64,000 bases of DNA. It comes from Tubulanus polymorphus. Its lineage: Eukaryota > Animalia > Nemertea. The notes below the pieces were generated by a model. It was given only the letters and a program-made list of their open reading frames with translations. It was not told the DNA's origin and did no database searches. Position numbers and translations under genes: made by a program. The stretch is taken from NCBI RefSeq assembly GCF_964204645.1, contig NC_134027.1:6790485-6854484 (forward strand), in the 5' to 3' direction. Each line of letters starts with the position of its first letter. The stretch's first letter is position 1. Below are positions 1 to 13,050 of this stretch, in pieces.

Positions 1-311
1 ACAATGACAGGAGCACAGAATTAAAAAAAGGGCAACTCGTAAGAAAATACACTATCCATGACAGCCGAGCGCCGAAAGCGCGAAGCGTTCGTGGGGGGTC
101 TGGGGGACCTCCCCCATAAAATTTTTGAATTTCAACCCATTTTAATGCAATTTCCAGGCACCCGAGACACAAAAATGACATTCTGCAACAATTTTCTAAG
201 AGATGGGAATTTATTAATATGGAAACAATGTGATAATGAACTTTATAGAATGAAAAATTTTTTTTGCACTTCTGCGACAGGAGCACGTGCTCCCGTCTAG
301 ATCTGCCCCTG
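1..311. mobile_element. Right end of a non-autonomous DNA transposon-like repeat (truncated by window start)
   Basis: Contains gggggtctgggggacctccccc...aaaatttttgaa and ends in ctagatctgcccctg (minus strand CAGGGGCAGATCTAG), which resembles a hAT-like MITE terminus. A similarly organised degenerate segment lies at ~37530-37750. The other end is not visible. Confidence 0.45.
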
Positions 312-2010
312 CCAAGATCAGAAAAATCAGCATCTGTCTTGATCATCATACTTAATTACCATCATCCACCCGTCTTCAATGATAAGAGAACGTCAGAAGG
401 GGTTGGATCTGGGTTGCGGATCGAGGTCTGCCTGCTATGGATGTGTGCAGTGACATTCAGAGGCTTGGAATTTGTTTTCATAACGATACTACAAAGATGT
501 AGTTGCTACAATCATACCAAGCAGTGACATGTTACAACGATGAAGAAAGATAATCCTTGGAACCCGAAAATAAATAATTAAAGAACTTAACAACATTATA
601 TCGTATTGGGTGTTAAACTGGACTTGTCAGATTTTATTTTCCATCAGATCTAGTATTATAAGCTAAAAAATAAAATGTTCACTAGGTAGAGATGCAATAG
701 CAAAATGAAATAAAAACATTCAACGATATATCATAAAATATAGATATAGCCAACTTGAACAAACATAACAAACATCGTACACGCGAAGACTGCAGCGAAT
801 ATCCCAATACTACACTCCTAGGAAAAATAGAATATCTCTATGACAATACAATGACTTATAAATATTATGAATATCGCATGTCGTCTTGTTACATTGCTAT
901 CACCTGAGGATAAATAAAAGGGCAACAAATTATGCAGAAAAGTCAAACAAAGATTGATGAGGCAGATCTACCTTATTATATCTAGCGACATAGAAGCACA
1001 GTACTGACCACATATACTAAAATCCATTCTCAACGCAGAAAAAAGAATTATTTCAAGCAGAGATACATAATCAACACAAAATAGTGGTAGTTTTCCATGT
1101 GAAAAACATATAATGTCTGCTGTGCTGGGTAATAAAATAAAATATGTTGGATTCTATCTTTAGTGGCCACAAAAGGCCAAGCAAACTGAGTTTCATGGTA
1201 GTTATTGGCAGGCCAGGTTGCCATTGTTTATAATTTTTCATTACATTCAATGATATGAATTCAGTATGTAACTCAAGGTCCAACCATTTGTTTACCATAG
1301 ATAAACTGAAAAAATACATCGTTTGAACTTTTAAACCTGTGATATACATTGTACCTATGTAGTATATGAACATTTGATAAGCATCATATGATATCTTATG
1401 AAACGGACCGTGGGAATGAGGAAATCTAGTTACATAAGTGGTGTTCATGAATTTCTGTTAGATAAAATATGAAGATATACTGGTAGGTACCACACATGGT
1501 ATAAGTATGGTCCATTCATTTATCGCCACCATTAAGTACACACTTAATTAAAGATCCTAAACAATTTTCATTCTATTTACAATATCCATACTGCTCATCT
1601 TTTTGAATTAGTTATTGTATACATTAAATCTAACTACAATTTTCCGATTATATGTAAAAGAAGTATTTAAATAGACAGCTCCCAATCTCTAATATGGTTT
1701 ATTTTCTGCAAAGGTCCAATCTTCAAATTCTTCATTTTGAAAGAGATAAATTAGACGTTATGTGATCTTTCCTTTTGAGGATTAATCATTGTTTGAACAT
1801 TTGCATAAAATAAACTATTGTAATTTAGACTATCTATTTAATTACTACATTGTTATTACTATTATTATTAGTATTATTATACCACCAAAGACGAGAATAC
1901 ATTTTTGAGACAGCTGTCGTTAATCATCAGTATGCACAGGTTCACTGAACACTTAATTCATGGTTCGCGAAACCTGAACTGATATTTGCAAAGCGACATC
2001 CCCAAATCAT

Positions 2011-5000
2011 TTAACCACCACAGCCCCCACATCCTCCACAGCCGCCACATGAACCACATCCACCGCAGGAACCACATCCACCACAGCCACCACAGCCTCC
2101 ACAACCACCGCAGCCCCCACACCCACCAACATCCGTCGAAACACAACCACAACAGCCTCCAGCACCGAGTGAATGCTTTATGTATGCATTCGACGGTATG
2201 TCGACAAAAAAACCCATCGCACAGAATAACATCAAATCATTATTGTTTATGCTTTGGACTGGTTTCGATGACGACGAAGCACCTGGACTTGACTGGCTGC
2301 GGGGCTGTTGAGCCGGTCGCGGCTGCAGAAGAATATGTAACATCGAGACTGAGAATGACAAGCAAAGATTTTGCATAATATCATTTGTGTGGTTGATGGT
2401 AATTTGACCTTCTTTACACCTTACTGTGGTGTCCGCGATTTTGTACTGTGTATTGTTGTTTATGTGTATTTCTTTCTTCTGAATCTTTTTCGTTCGGAGA
2501 TTAAGGAATTTCACCTCAAGATATCCGGAATTTCCAGGTACTCCTGGAACACCTCTTACTCCTGGGTTACCTTTAGATCCAGCTATACCTACAAAAACAC
2601 ACATCTAAACTGTAAATAATAATTGAATCATATCTATTACTACAAAAAATATAGAATAGATGCAAGTCTTTAAACCTGGTGTCTACAATTCAAATTATTC
2701 TGGTGAAATTTCACCATGGCTAATTGACGATTTTGAATCAGTTTTCACAATTTTTTCTATGAACAAACAAACTATGCTACAGTATTAATGAAGCCTTGAC
2801 GGAAAATCTATGATTGAACATTAAGGGGCAATTATGTGCAGGATAATTTACTACAAACTACATATTTCAGCATCTTCATTGAGTCTCTGATTACACTACA
2901 ACCCCTCCACAAACCTGGAGTTCCCGGAACACCTTTTCTGAAACCAAGCCACTGTCCGCTAACTATTCCCCAGTCACCGTCGTTGTCCTTGATCAACAAT
3001 GCTCGTTCTCCAATATTAAAATCCAATGTCAAACATTTGCTTTCACTCTTTTCCTTTAAGAAAAGTCGTATTCATCTTATTATGTACAAATATTTGTTAC
3101 ATAAATAAACTACTTTATATACAAAAAGAAGTCCTGAAGAATAAACAACTATAAAGATATAGCAATGATAATACTGTACTGTACTACTTATTGCAGTCAA
3201 GATGAGGTCCAATTCGGTTAAAACTAACCAATATTTGCTTTGGCCAAGGAAGCTGGTCTGTGCCGATTAGATGAGCAACAGAAGTCATCTTATCTTTGTA
3301 GAACACTTGTACAGCTGACATCATCAGAGGAATAGAGTGTATAACGCGGGCAGTAAACAGGAGTTCATTAGCATGGTTATATAACCTATAAGTAGAAAAC
3401 CCATAACTATTTACATCACATTTTCAATAAAGCTTACGATTGAATCTAAAGCATTAAGGTTTACTATAATGAGTGCAACAACTGAGTGCAACAACTAAAA
3501 TGGTTTATTTGAACATTCTTTTTCTACAGGTTATGAAACATCCAAAAACATTTGCCGAGACTGCACTTAAAACACACAGCGCATACCGTAAACTGTAGAA
3601 AATATTGCTGCAGCTTCGGCGAGAACCAAAACAAATACTGGTAACTGCAGAAATATCAACGTGAAAGTTCTCAAAAATCTCTCATATATTAGGTGATAAA
3701 GTATGTTTTGTAGAACATAAATCCTTGCCTAGTTAATTATATAATATATCAAATATTTGAACACCAAAACTATGAGATGCATAAAGGCCAGAGTCGTGTG
3801 TTCTTTTATTTTACAGTTTGCGAAAGGAGCTCTTCTAAGATATTGTAAAGACATGATCAAGTACCAGGATTTTTTCTCTATATTGGCCAATGATTGATAT
3901 CAATCGTCCCTCCATTACTCTTGACTCATTCATTGATTTATTGGGGATGTCTGCACAGATGTAATTAATGATACAAGTAACATACACAGTAACGTAGAAT
4001 ATCTTAACCATCGAGGTTATACAACAATAGCGACGATGTAGCAAAACTCTCTAGTAGGTTCACACATTGATGAAATATTCAACAGCCAGACTAATTGAAC
4101 TCTTTCCAATTAATGAACTTACCTGTGAGAGGCGACGACGCAAGTGTTTTGAGTACCCTCTGGTAAATGTCCCAGTGGTATCGGTCCCCACAACTGCTCG
4201 ATGTGTTCAGGCATTGTGCATGTTTCAAAAGTACCTGGTGTTAGAAACAGGAGACACGGGCCCGGTTTCGGCGGCTCGATCGAAGCCGTTAAACTGATCG
4301 TACCTATCTGATTTGAAGTACCGCTCAAACTGGACAGCGTGTATGTGCTAGTGAGAGTCTGGCCCTGCACGGGAGTCTTCTCAACAACTGGCTGAAGCGA
4401 AAGCATGTGCTGAGCGATGATATCATTTGCGCTGCAGCACATGAATCCGCGTCGATCAACAAACTCGAAACACAAATCCGTATATTTCCCGCTATCGAAT
4501 AGAAACCTTGCCAAACCTTCCCCGCCATTCTTAATCCAGTAATTCGGTGGGCCTTTCAAGTTGATGATCTTACTTTTGCCATGTTTCTCCGAATACAGCG
4601 AAACAACAAGTGAAAATTTGTCCAGATTGAGGATCATATTACCGAGTTCTAGACGCTGAATCATAACGTACGCTTGTTTGCTGAAAACAGCGATGACCTG
4701 CTCCGGGGATAACGTCGCGAGTTTACCGTTTGGCGGGTCACCGCGATACATTGCGCCGCACAAGGCGAACTCTTCGTTGAACACCTCCTTCCACAGTTTA
4801 CGCGTGACATCATCGCACCGACTTAACTTTGAATCCGGCGACCGTTCATTGACCGAATCATCGTGGTTCAGCATCTGATTCAAGATCGCGATGGTGTCCG
4901 ACTTGTAGGCCAACGGATGCAATTGGTGCGCATGCCAGATCAAGTCGAAATCATAACACGGCACGAGAAATCGCTCAGGATTACACTGCTTCAAGTACAA

Positions 5001-5621
5001 ATACTTCTTATACCTCAACAATGCATTTTTCAGGAAGCTTTCGTCAGTGTAGTGAGGCAGAGACACCTGATAATAGAACAACTTCTGTCTCAATGCTGCG
5101 TCCAATAGTTTGTAACTGATTTTCGATTCAGCGTTCGGAATATCACCGTTTGTCACAGGTTTTACGTTACTTTCGTCGTTACTGCCAGCAGTACTGTTTT
5201 CAGTCGATTTACCATCGATATCGACTTCAAAAGGTTCCGTCGCTGAAGAATAATGGCTCTCCCAAACGCTTTTTGCTCGTTTTAATGCCGTCAGATGATC
5301 AGATTTAGACAACAGCTTATGATTGACTACTTTACCGACGATGGCTTCACAGTCCTTTTCATAATACAGCGGTGCTAACATATGTACATGCCAAAGCCAG
5401 TGGATATCAATAGGTGGCACTAGTGTCTCTTTACTTTCAGCAACCAATGGCAGCCAGAGTTTTTCATATCGGCGCAGCGCATTGTGCAGAATTGGCCCGG
5501 GTTTGTACAATAATGGATGTTCATTGACAGAATGTAGGAAATTCAGTTGCAGCAATGCAGCTTCTATGAGATCCACGCTTATGTGGATATCTTTCGCATT
5601 GAACATTCCGCTGGGTGCCAT
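2011..5621 (-). CDS. Glycine-rich domain-containing protein (GRDP1-like, DUF1399), 4 coding exons, ~790 aa
   Basis: Exons 5621-4123, 3385-3229, 3053-2915 and 2588-2011 join in frame through GT-AG introns (2373 nt). The protein has two DUF1399-type motifs ([12 protein letters not shown]...[19 protein letters not shown] and RYKKYLYL...[22 protein letters not shown]...LNHDDS) and a C-terminal GGCGGC repeat. An acceptor at 5661 implies upstream 5'UTR exon(s). Confidence 0.88.
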
Positions 5622-8600
5622 GTTGTCACTGTCACAGTTGTTGTCTAAACCATTCTAAACCTGAAAAATAGATTAATTTCCTTATATTAACACAATACAT
5701 ACACACCCAGTTCCACAATCACATATGACTCTAGTTCCACAGACCTAAATAAAATTGGACTCAAGGGAATAAAACAAAACATAACCAAAAAGTCATATTC
5801 TACAGTTATGTAAACCTATGAACATTGACTATGACTGTAACAGACAGTGAGTACCGGAGGGAGCTAACCTACCTCCACTTTTTACCTGTGTTCTTATTAT
5901 ACCCTTCTCAGCAAATAGGAAACCAATGTTTCGCAGTAATTACATACATATAGAAGCTCACCGAGTAATAGCTTTGCACCACTCAGCTGCCAATACAAAT
6001 AGACCAGACTTGCAGCACTAGTATCTAAATGGCTAACCATTAAGAAGCTGCAACATCTATCGAACCATATCAAATCATTAATTGGCCTGGGTGCCTTGTC
6101 ATATTAGATTCTGTATAATTCAGGTCCAGTTCTCACTCCTGCTATGTTTGTTTCTTATTGGAAGGAAATTCATAAGTAATAAATCAAGGAAATTTAGTTC
6201 ATACTTGCGAAATACCTGGAAACCCTGTAATTTTTCTCAACTAATGAACTACCCATTCCACAGGTTCATGCAGATACCTATCAGCATGCAAAAAACCATC
6301 AGTAACCACTGAGTTAGATCATTATGATATAGAAAAATACATGTATTTTTGATGATATAGATGAGGTATAATAATCATAATGTCCATGCCAAAATGTCTA
6401 GACAAGTGAATACCACGAACAATCAATCAAATATGATTTTCATCGACACAAAAGTGCCGGAAGGCTCTGGCGATGCAGAGCCTTTCATCAAAAGCAATTA
6501 GGATCACATTCCTATAAGGCGGTGTCATAACAGTGTAGAAAAACGATGGTGAACAACAGTTGCATCAAATCGACCACTGACAACTAAAACAAGATGATCT
6601 GCATGAACGGCTACAGCCGACGCGTGATGAAATCTCGTTGATAAACACTAATGGATTTAGACTGGTGGTCGGTGTCCTTGTCTTCGAGAGACTCGCCGCA
6701 AGAAAGCGCTTAAGCATTTGATCGGCAGCGGGTATGCGACTACACGTTCTTCGGCGCCCAAATATTGATACAAGACCATCATACACCTGCTTAATCGAGC
6801 AGAAAATAGCAGATACACAACTACGATTTATACCTTATTCATTCCTTGATAAGCAAAGACCTCACATGAATCATGCCAAAGGTTAAGATATCCTAACCTG
6901 TAGAATCATATTAGAAGTATCCAGTTCGCTTGTCATTATTTTGATCTAGGCCTATATACCTCCTAGATCATTCTTTAATGACGATTATAAATCATCTCTC
7001 GGCTTCCTTGTTTACCTGTCATCAACAACTCCTGGACCTCTGCAGGTCTCGCAGAAGAACTGGTGACACAAGTCGTATTTTCGAGAAATTGCTGAACCCT
7101 CTCCTCCTAGGTCGACGTGTTTGGCAGTGACACTTAAGCCGTGTTCAGATCGACTTTATGACGCAAATCGACTGACAGCGACTAGCTTTCCGGCGACTAC
7201 TAGCGAACATCGCTGATCCTAGTTGATCTGAGTCTAGCTATGATTGTCATAATGACTTGTAATATGATCGGCGTCTGAACTTGAAAATGTTCTACTTCTA
7301 TGACACGACGGAACTGGGTGCAGTTCGTCGTTGACGGTGTGCACGTCTTTACTACAGGTTGCCGACTGCTTCAAGCCGATCACAGCGAATCAATGATGCA
7401 AATTCCCGCAACAGGTCAATTTGTTTTCGAATATTTTGTCAAAATAAGAGATTGGTATATAACAATAGTATATTTTATGTCGTCTTGTAATTCATAGAGA
7501 TCTGAAATAGCGCTGATCATTTGGAACTTAAGACGACAATTTAGCCAAATGATTGTACCCAGGTGGTGGTGCTGGTCAAGACCAGGGGTCCTTCAAAAAT
7601 CAACATGGCTCAACATTTGGGTGGCGCCATTTTGAATCATTTCCCGATGACGACGCCATGAATCAGTCGATGTGAGCGGTCAGTCGTAACACAGATAGCG
7701 AGTCATCTGCGATAAGGCCCAGGGATATCGCTGAATTCAATCCCAGTGCAATGCTATGATAGCAGTCGACAGATGAGTCGCGTGGCCAGGGCCAGGACCA
7801 GGTCGATCTAAGCCTGGCTTTAAACAAGGTGAAAAGCTTACTAAAGAGTTCAAGAATGATACATATCAAACAAAACTAGCAATATGAATGCCAATAACAG
7901 CAGTAATACCGCCTCCTCTCCAATCAATATAGAACATGAGAGGACTATCACAAAGAGACATAAATCATCCATGCAAAAAGGAAAATCCATCCTGAATTCA
8001 AACTACGAAAGCCTGAAGCCTATCTGCACTTTGATAAAAAACAATCTCAATTGGAAACAATGCAGACAGAGCATGTTTATTGCATTGCGTATAGGTGATA
8101 AGTCAGTCGCCTGGGACAATTTAATGGTAGCGCAGATCATTTGTGACACACACAGTGCCTAATTCCTCGAGCTGGACGCTAATTTCCCAGTAGTTTACAT
8201 TAAATAATCACAGCTTATATAAGTTATCAGCCCGTGTGATGTGCATTAGTTCCATCAATGAAATTAAAGGCTTACTATAAATCAAAAATTATATGCATAT
8301 ACCAATGATATGCTTCTATCGAATGAGAATTAATTGCGGTCTAGCAATGTAATGACAAAGAGATTTGATTGCATTTGTTAAAAATTAACATACTGCTAAT
8401 TTCATTCATATAGCCCGTTAAATCATCAACGAAGCTTTTTTCAGCATCATGCAAAAACTGAAGAGAAAGATTCCGTGAAGAAGTCCACTTGTCAAAAAAT
8501 GAAATCAATAAGGTTTAATCATAAGAGTCAGCGACGAAGACTTACCGCAAACTATAGACCTCATCAGTCAACATCCATCGGCAGCTGTATCTCTAGCATG

Positions 8601-10067
8601 AATCTCACAATTCCATCGTAGTACGGATGAAATTCAATAAATGCGTTGCAACAGCTACAATTGAGCCAGTTACCATGACAACCGGATGAGAAATCTAATG
8701 GTATAACAAGCGAGAACCTGCTAAAGAACATGCCAGTCGACAGCTACTTTTTACTAACCGCAGCCGTTTGCGGACTGCAATGTCGCACCGTAGCCAGCTT
8801 TCATTAAATTCCTTCGTAACGGCACCTACATGATCTCACGCTGTTTTACATAGCTATCGATGGAAAAAATTTCCTCAGAGCTTGTTACCGAAACAACCGA
8901 GCAAATAACTGCCAGCAAAAATCATCATCGGCTATGCTCGCAACGAAGTAAGAGTTTCATATCTAGTGGATAGCGATCCGAGTGAGTGAAAGTAAATAAG
9001 CCAGCACTGGGATGAATATAGTAGTAGACCTCTTTAATATTAGAAGAGCAAAGTTCCATCATCCGATCCCACCCAAAGATGTAGCAGAGTACTCGTCGTA
9101 TATTTTCATAAAAAGCAAATTTCCCAAGTAAATCTGTAATATCGAGACTCGTATGGAATGGAAACATGAGAATTTGAGGTAAATGTTCCACAATTGTGCG
9201 CTTAGCGAATCATACAGCAATTTAGATGGATCACATCTAGGATTATTATTCAATTTACTCTTGATTGAGTTCGTGAATTTGGGCCTAACCGTTAACATAA
9301 TAATAGGATACCTATTCTATGAATTGACCCTATGAATTCTAGGCTATAGGCCTATGCCTTAGTACTGCATTTGGCATTAACAACAGATTTTGAATGATAT
9401 TGCTTTAAGTAACCAGAGGTAACATAGCAAATTAACCCTAAACTAGAATTTAGCCATGCTCATGGTCCTAGCAAACACTAAAGAGATAAGAAGCCTAACC
9501 ACATCTGATAGGTAGGCTACCCAGCGTTATAAAATGGCAGCTCTTTGAACAAAGAGACTAAAAGAACATTATAGGCTAGCTGTTACAGTGACAGTAAATA
9601 TTTTAACAATTCAACCAAAAACTAACAAACTTTTTATGGATTGGAGTGAGTTTTTTGAAGATTTGATTACTGGCAGGCCTTCTAAAAATCAGAATATCAG
9701 TTGATTTTAACTAAATATAGGCCTGCTTGATTAATGATACTGGGGAAAATAGCTTCGGAGATATCAAATGTGAATAGATGCTTTCAAAAAATTTCTTGAA
9801 AGAATACAATCTAAAGATCTTTTAGGAAAAGTTTCCCAGTTTAAGTTAGTACAGTTGTGTCTTATAAAACAGCAGGGCTTTAAAAAATATCAAGTCATTA
9901 ATTTGATAAGGTCTAAAAAACGACAAACGTATTGCTTGGGTGAAAAGAGATTAGACTGGCCCCTAAAAAGTTCATGCCGATGAATGTGAATAATTTGACA
10001 ATTTGCGAGGATTTAATAGTGAATACAGAAATGTTTACAAATTTGGAATTGCATCACTTGCAGTAGG

Positions 10068-10214
10068 CACAGGGGTTCGTATCAAAATTGTATAGTAGGC
10101 CTACTATATAAAATAACTACAGTTATTCTATATACCGGTATAGGCCTACTATAGACATTGGATTAACAGATAATCGTTTTTACATTACCTACAACTTTGA
10201 TACGAGCCCCTGTG
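10068..10214. mobile_element. MITE with CACAGGGG termini
   Basis: TIRs cacaggggttcgtatcaaaattgta / tacaactttgatacgagcccctgtg; no ORF. Confidence 0.7.
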
Positions 10215-10659
10215 GCAGTAGAAAAATTCCAAAAATTGCATTGTGATTAGTTGTGGGGCATTTTAGTGGATAGTAGGCCATCGCTGGGTTTGGCGAGTAT
10301 TGATGGTTCACATTATATTCTTTTCATTAATTACCCTGCATCTGTTGAAATGAGATCAATTTAAATCAGGATGAATTTCATCCAATCATGACAAGTGAAG
10401 ATGAATAACAAGGCTAGAGAGCATCGTGTAGTTGAAGTTTGAGCCGAAGCCGAAGGGGGAACAGCAACGTCCAACTGAATGAAAATTAAACTACGCAATT
10501 GAATATCGAGTGAACTTGAACTGTCTCATATTCACTTTCACCTACGGCATCTACTACTCTTCTACGTCTACAAGATCTATACGCCATGGCTACTTACCAA
10601 TCAAAGTTAGTGATTTAAAATCTCATCACACCGGATCCAAATACTGCGGAGGTTGAGGG

Positions 10660-10770
10660 TACGCGTGCGGTAACACAGACATGTAGTAAACACTATGAGC
10701 GCGCGACGTGTGGACGCGGATATTTAAAAAGCGGGTTTTCCCGGAATTTACTTCCGCATTTCGGTAACGT
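10660..10770. promoter_or_regulatory. CpG-rich putative (possibly bidirectional) promoter upstream of the dehydratase gene
   Basis: Local CpG cluster (gcgcgcgacg, gacgcgg) with ETS-type CCGGAA/ACTTCCG motifs and tatttaaaaa, about 650 bp upstream of the ATG at 11385. A strong minus-strand donor (G|GTAAGT) lies at ~10596. Confidence 0.4.
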
Positions 10771-11056
10771 TAATATAATAGTTTTTTGTCGTGATAATTA
10801 ATTGTGGCTACTCATTGTGTGAATCTGAAATTCTCCATTGCTTTATTATTTCTTTGTTGATACGGGTACTTTTTTCTGCAAGACCTGTAGACCTTAAGTA
10901 CTCTTGATAAGGTTCATCATGTTCATGTTGATTTTGAATGATTAATCAGGTATCCCACTAGTCAGTAACCTGACTGTGGTTTAGTTTCACGATCGGATAT
11001 TTTCCCCATCCGATTATAAAAAGCTTACCACCAACGATTAGGAAACTAACTACCAC

Positions 11057-11187
11057 CACAGGGGCCTGACACAAAAAGTGTTTGACCATAATTATATAAA
11101 AAACATTTTTTCTTATAAAGTACTATGAAAATTTTTTTTTACCTAGGATGCTGGGACAACGTACAACTTTTTATGTCAGGCCTCCGT
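11057..11187. mobile_element. MITE with CAC(A/G)G termini
   Basis: TIRs cacaggggcctgacacaaaaagt / actttttatgtcaggcctccgtg; same terminal signature as the 10068 element. Confidence 0.65.
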
Positions 11188-11384
11188 GGCTGGGCCAACC
11201 ATTGATCTGTGGGTACATTATCAATTGTGTAAAGTTCCTGACTGGTGGTGTGTATCTCCACTACTGTAATTAAGTTGCTTCTCTTTCGTACCGTTGTACA
11301 AATGTTTTATCCTATGTAAAATTATTTTATGAAGCAATACATTTAAAGTTTAAGGTCAAGTTCAAGTTAAACTTTTCATCAAAG

Positions 11385-13050
11385 ATGGAAAGGTTACCGA
11401 CACTCGATATTTTGGCCGCGGCTACTGATACAGTAATACGAAGTGGGATGCATTTTAGAACTCCAATGCTCAAAGAAGCCCAAGATATGTTTGGTCTCAA
11501 GGACGATATTCATTTGTATTTAAAACTTGAGAATATGCAAAACACAGGCAAGAACGAAAGTAAAGTTATAAAAACAATACAGTTCTCAACTGATAGATTT
11601 AATTCCTGACAGAAATGATATATTTTCTTAGGCTCATTTAAGATACGTGGAATTGCAAATCAACTTGCAAATTTGCCACCATCTATTGGTACTAAAGAGA
11701 ATAAACTGATTTCGATGTCAGCTGGAAATTATGGCAAATCATTTGCATATGCTACTGAAAAGCATGGCCTCGCTGGAGTTATTCTGATGCCAGTTTCAGC
11801 ACCTGATAATCGTGCTACTGTCATTGAGGTACTATTGATATCCTGTGCCTATCCTTCGTTTCTAATAGCTATGGGCACGTTAAATTTGAGTGTTTTTCTT
11901 TTTCAAGAGTTATGGCGTTAAAGTAGAGAGGTATCCAACAGCACAATTACAGAGTAAAATTGATGAATATGTGAAATCTGAAGGCATGTTTTTCTGTCAT
12001 TCATTTGATGATCCATATTTGATCCACGGACACTCAAGGTAGGTCTAGATTCAAGAAATATTCAGCCAGCAAACAATAACCCAAAATCTCTTGTCATTAA
12101 GAATGATCTACTGGGGCCAGTTGCTCAAAAGTTGCTTAGAGTTAACCAGTGGATAGTTGACATAGTGACAATTTAAAGTTCATTGTTACTATGGTATTTA
12201 TCTGCCGGTTATCTTTAACCAACTTTTGAGCAACCAGCCCCTGGTGCTGATATATCTAGCAGCACCTGTACTAGCAACAGTAGCGCGTCATGTAGATTTT
12301 GACAAACTTTGCTGTTTTATAAGTTTAGGGTTTGAGATTTTGGAAGATTGTCCCGACCCAGATGTAGTAGTTATATGCTGTGGAGGAGGAGGTCTTCTTG
12401 CTGGAACCGCTGCTGCTATACGTCTAAGTGGTAATACTAAATGTCGCATATATGGTGTAGAACCTGAAGGAGGTATGCTGTAATTATCAATATCGAAGAT
12501 TTCTTGATTTCTAATTTTCCAGTTAAGGAAATTAGTGTCAAATGATGACATGATTTCATCATTTCAAAACTGTTGTTCAATCATTTTTAAACTCTTCTTG
12601 TGCATGTATTTTAGCTGCTTCAATGTATAAAAGCTTTAAAGAAGGGAAAGCTGTGGGTCTTCCTACAGCCAGCTCTGTAGCTAGTGGTCTGGCACCCCCG
12701 TATGCAGGTCAGTAGAATCATTCGCCTTGAATTAGAGCCCTCCCTTCTCATACCGGTAACTATTTCAAATTGAACTAATCTATTATTCTATTCTAGGTAA
12801 ACTGGCTTACCATTATTGCAAGAACTACATTGATGATATAATTCTGGTCTCAGATGAAGAGATCCTGCGTACAATGCTAAGACTCTATAGTCGTGGTTTA
12901 GTCGTTGAAGCATCGGGTTGTGCCGCATTCACAGCATTATTTGAACGCAAGATACCAAATGGATTTGGCAAGAAAATAGTGATTGTAGTAACTGGTGGTA
13001 ATGTTACAGCTGAAGAAATGTACCAGCACAAAATCAATATAAAAGGATGA
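11385..13050 (+). CDS. PLP-dependent serine/threonine dehydratase family enzyme (serine racemase-like fold type II), 6 exons, 328 aa
   Basis: Exons 11385-11547, 11632-11828, 11908-12038, 12324-12472, 12615-12707 and 12797-13050 join in frame. Motifs: LKLENMQNTGSFKIRG (PLP lysine), SAGNYG, HSFDDP, CCGGGGLLAG, IYGVEP, VVEASG, VVTGGN. AATAAA at 13151. Confidence 0.92.
12114..12240. mobile_element. PIF/Harbinger-like MITE in dehydratase intron 3
   Basis: Near-palindromic, TIRs gggccagttgctcaaaagtt / aacttttgagcaaccagccc, with a 3-bp CTG duplication on both sides. Confidence 0.75.

Noticed and set aside
1986-2378. His-rich plus-strand ORF and Trp-rich alternative-frame ORF
   Set aside because: Shadow translations of the GGC-repeat coding exon.
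8875-8928. C/D box snoRNA (ATGATGA...CTGA, minus strand)
   Set aside because: Only ~54 nt between boxes, no clear terminal stem and no recognisable rRNA complementarity.
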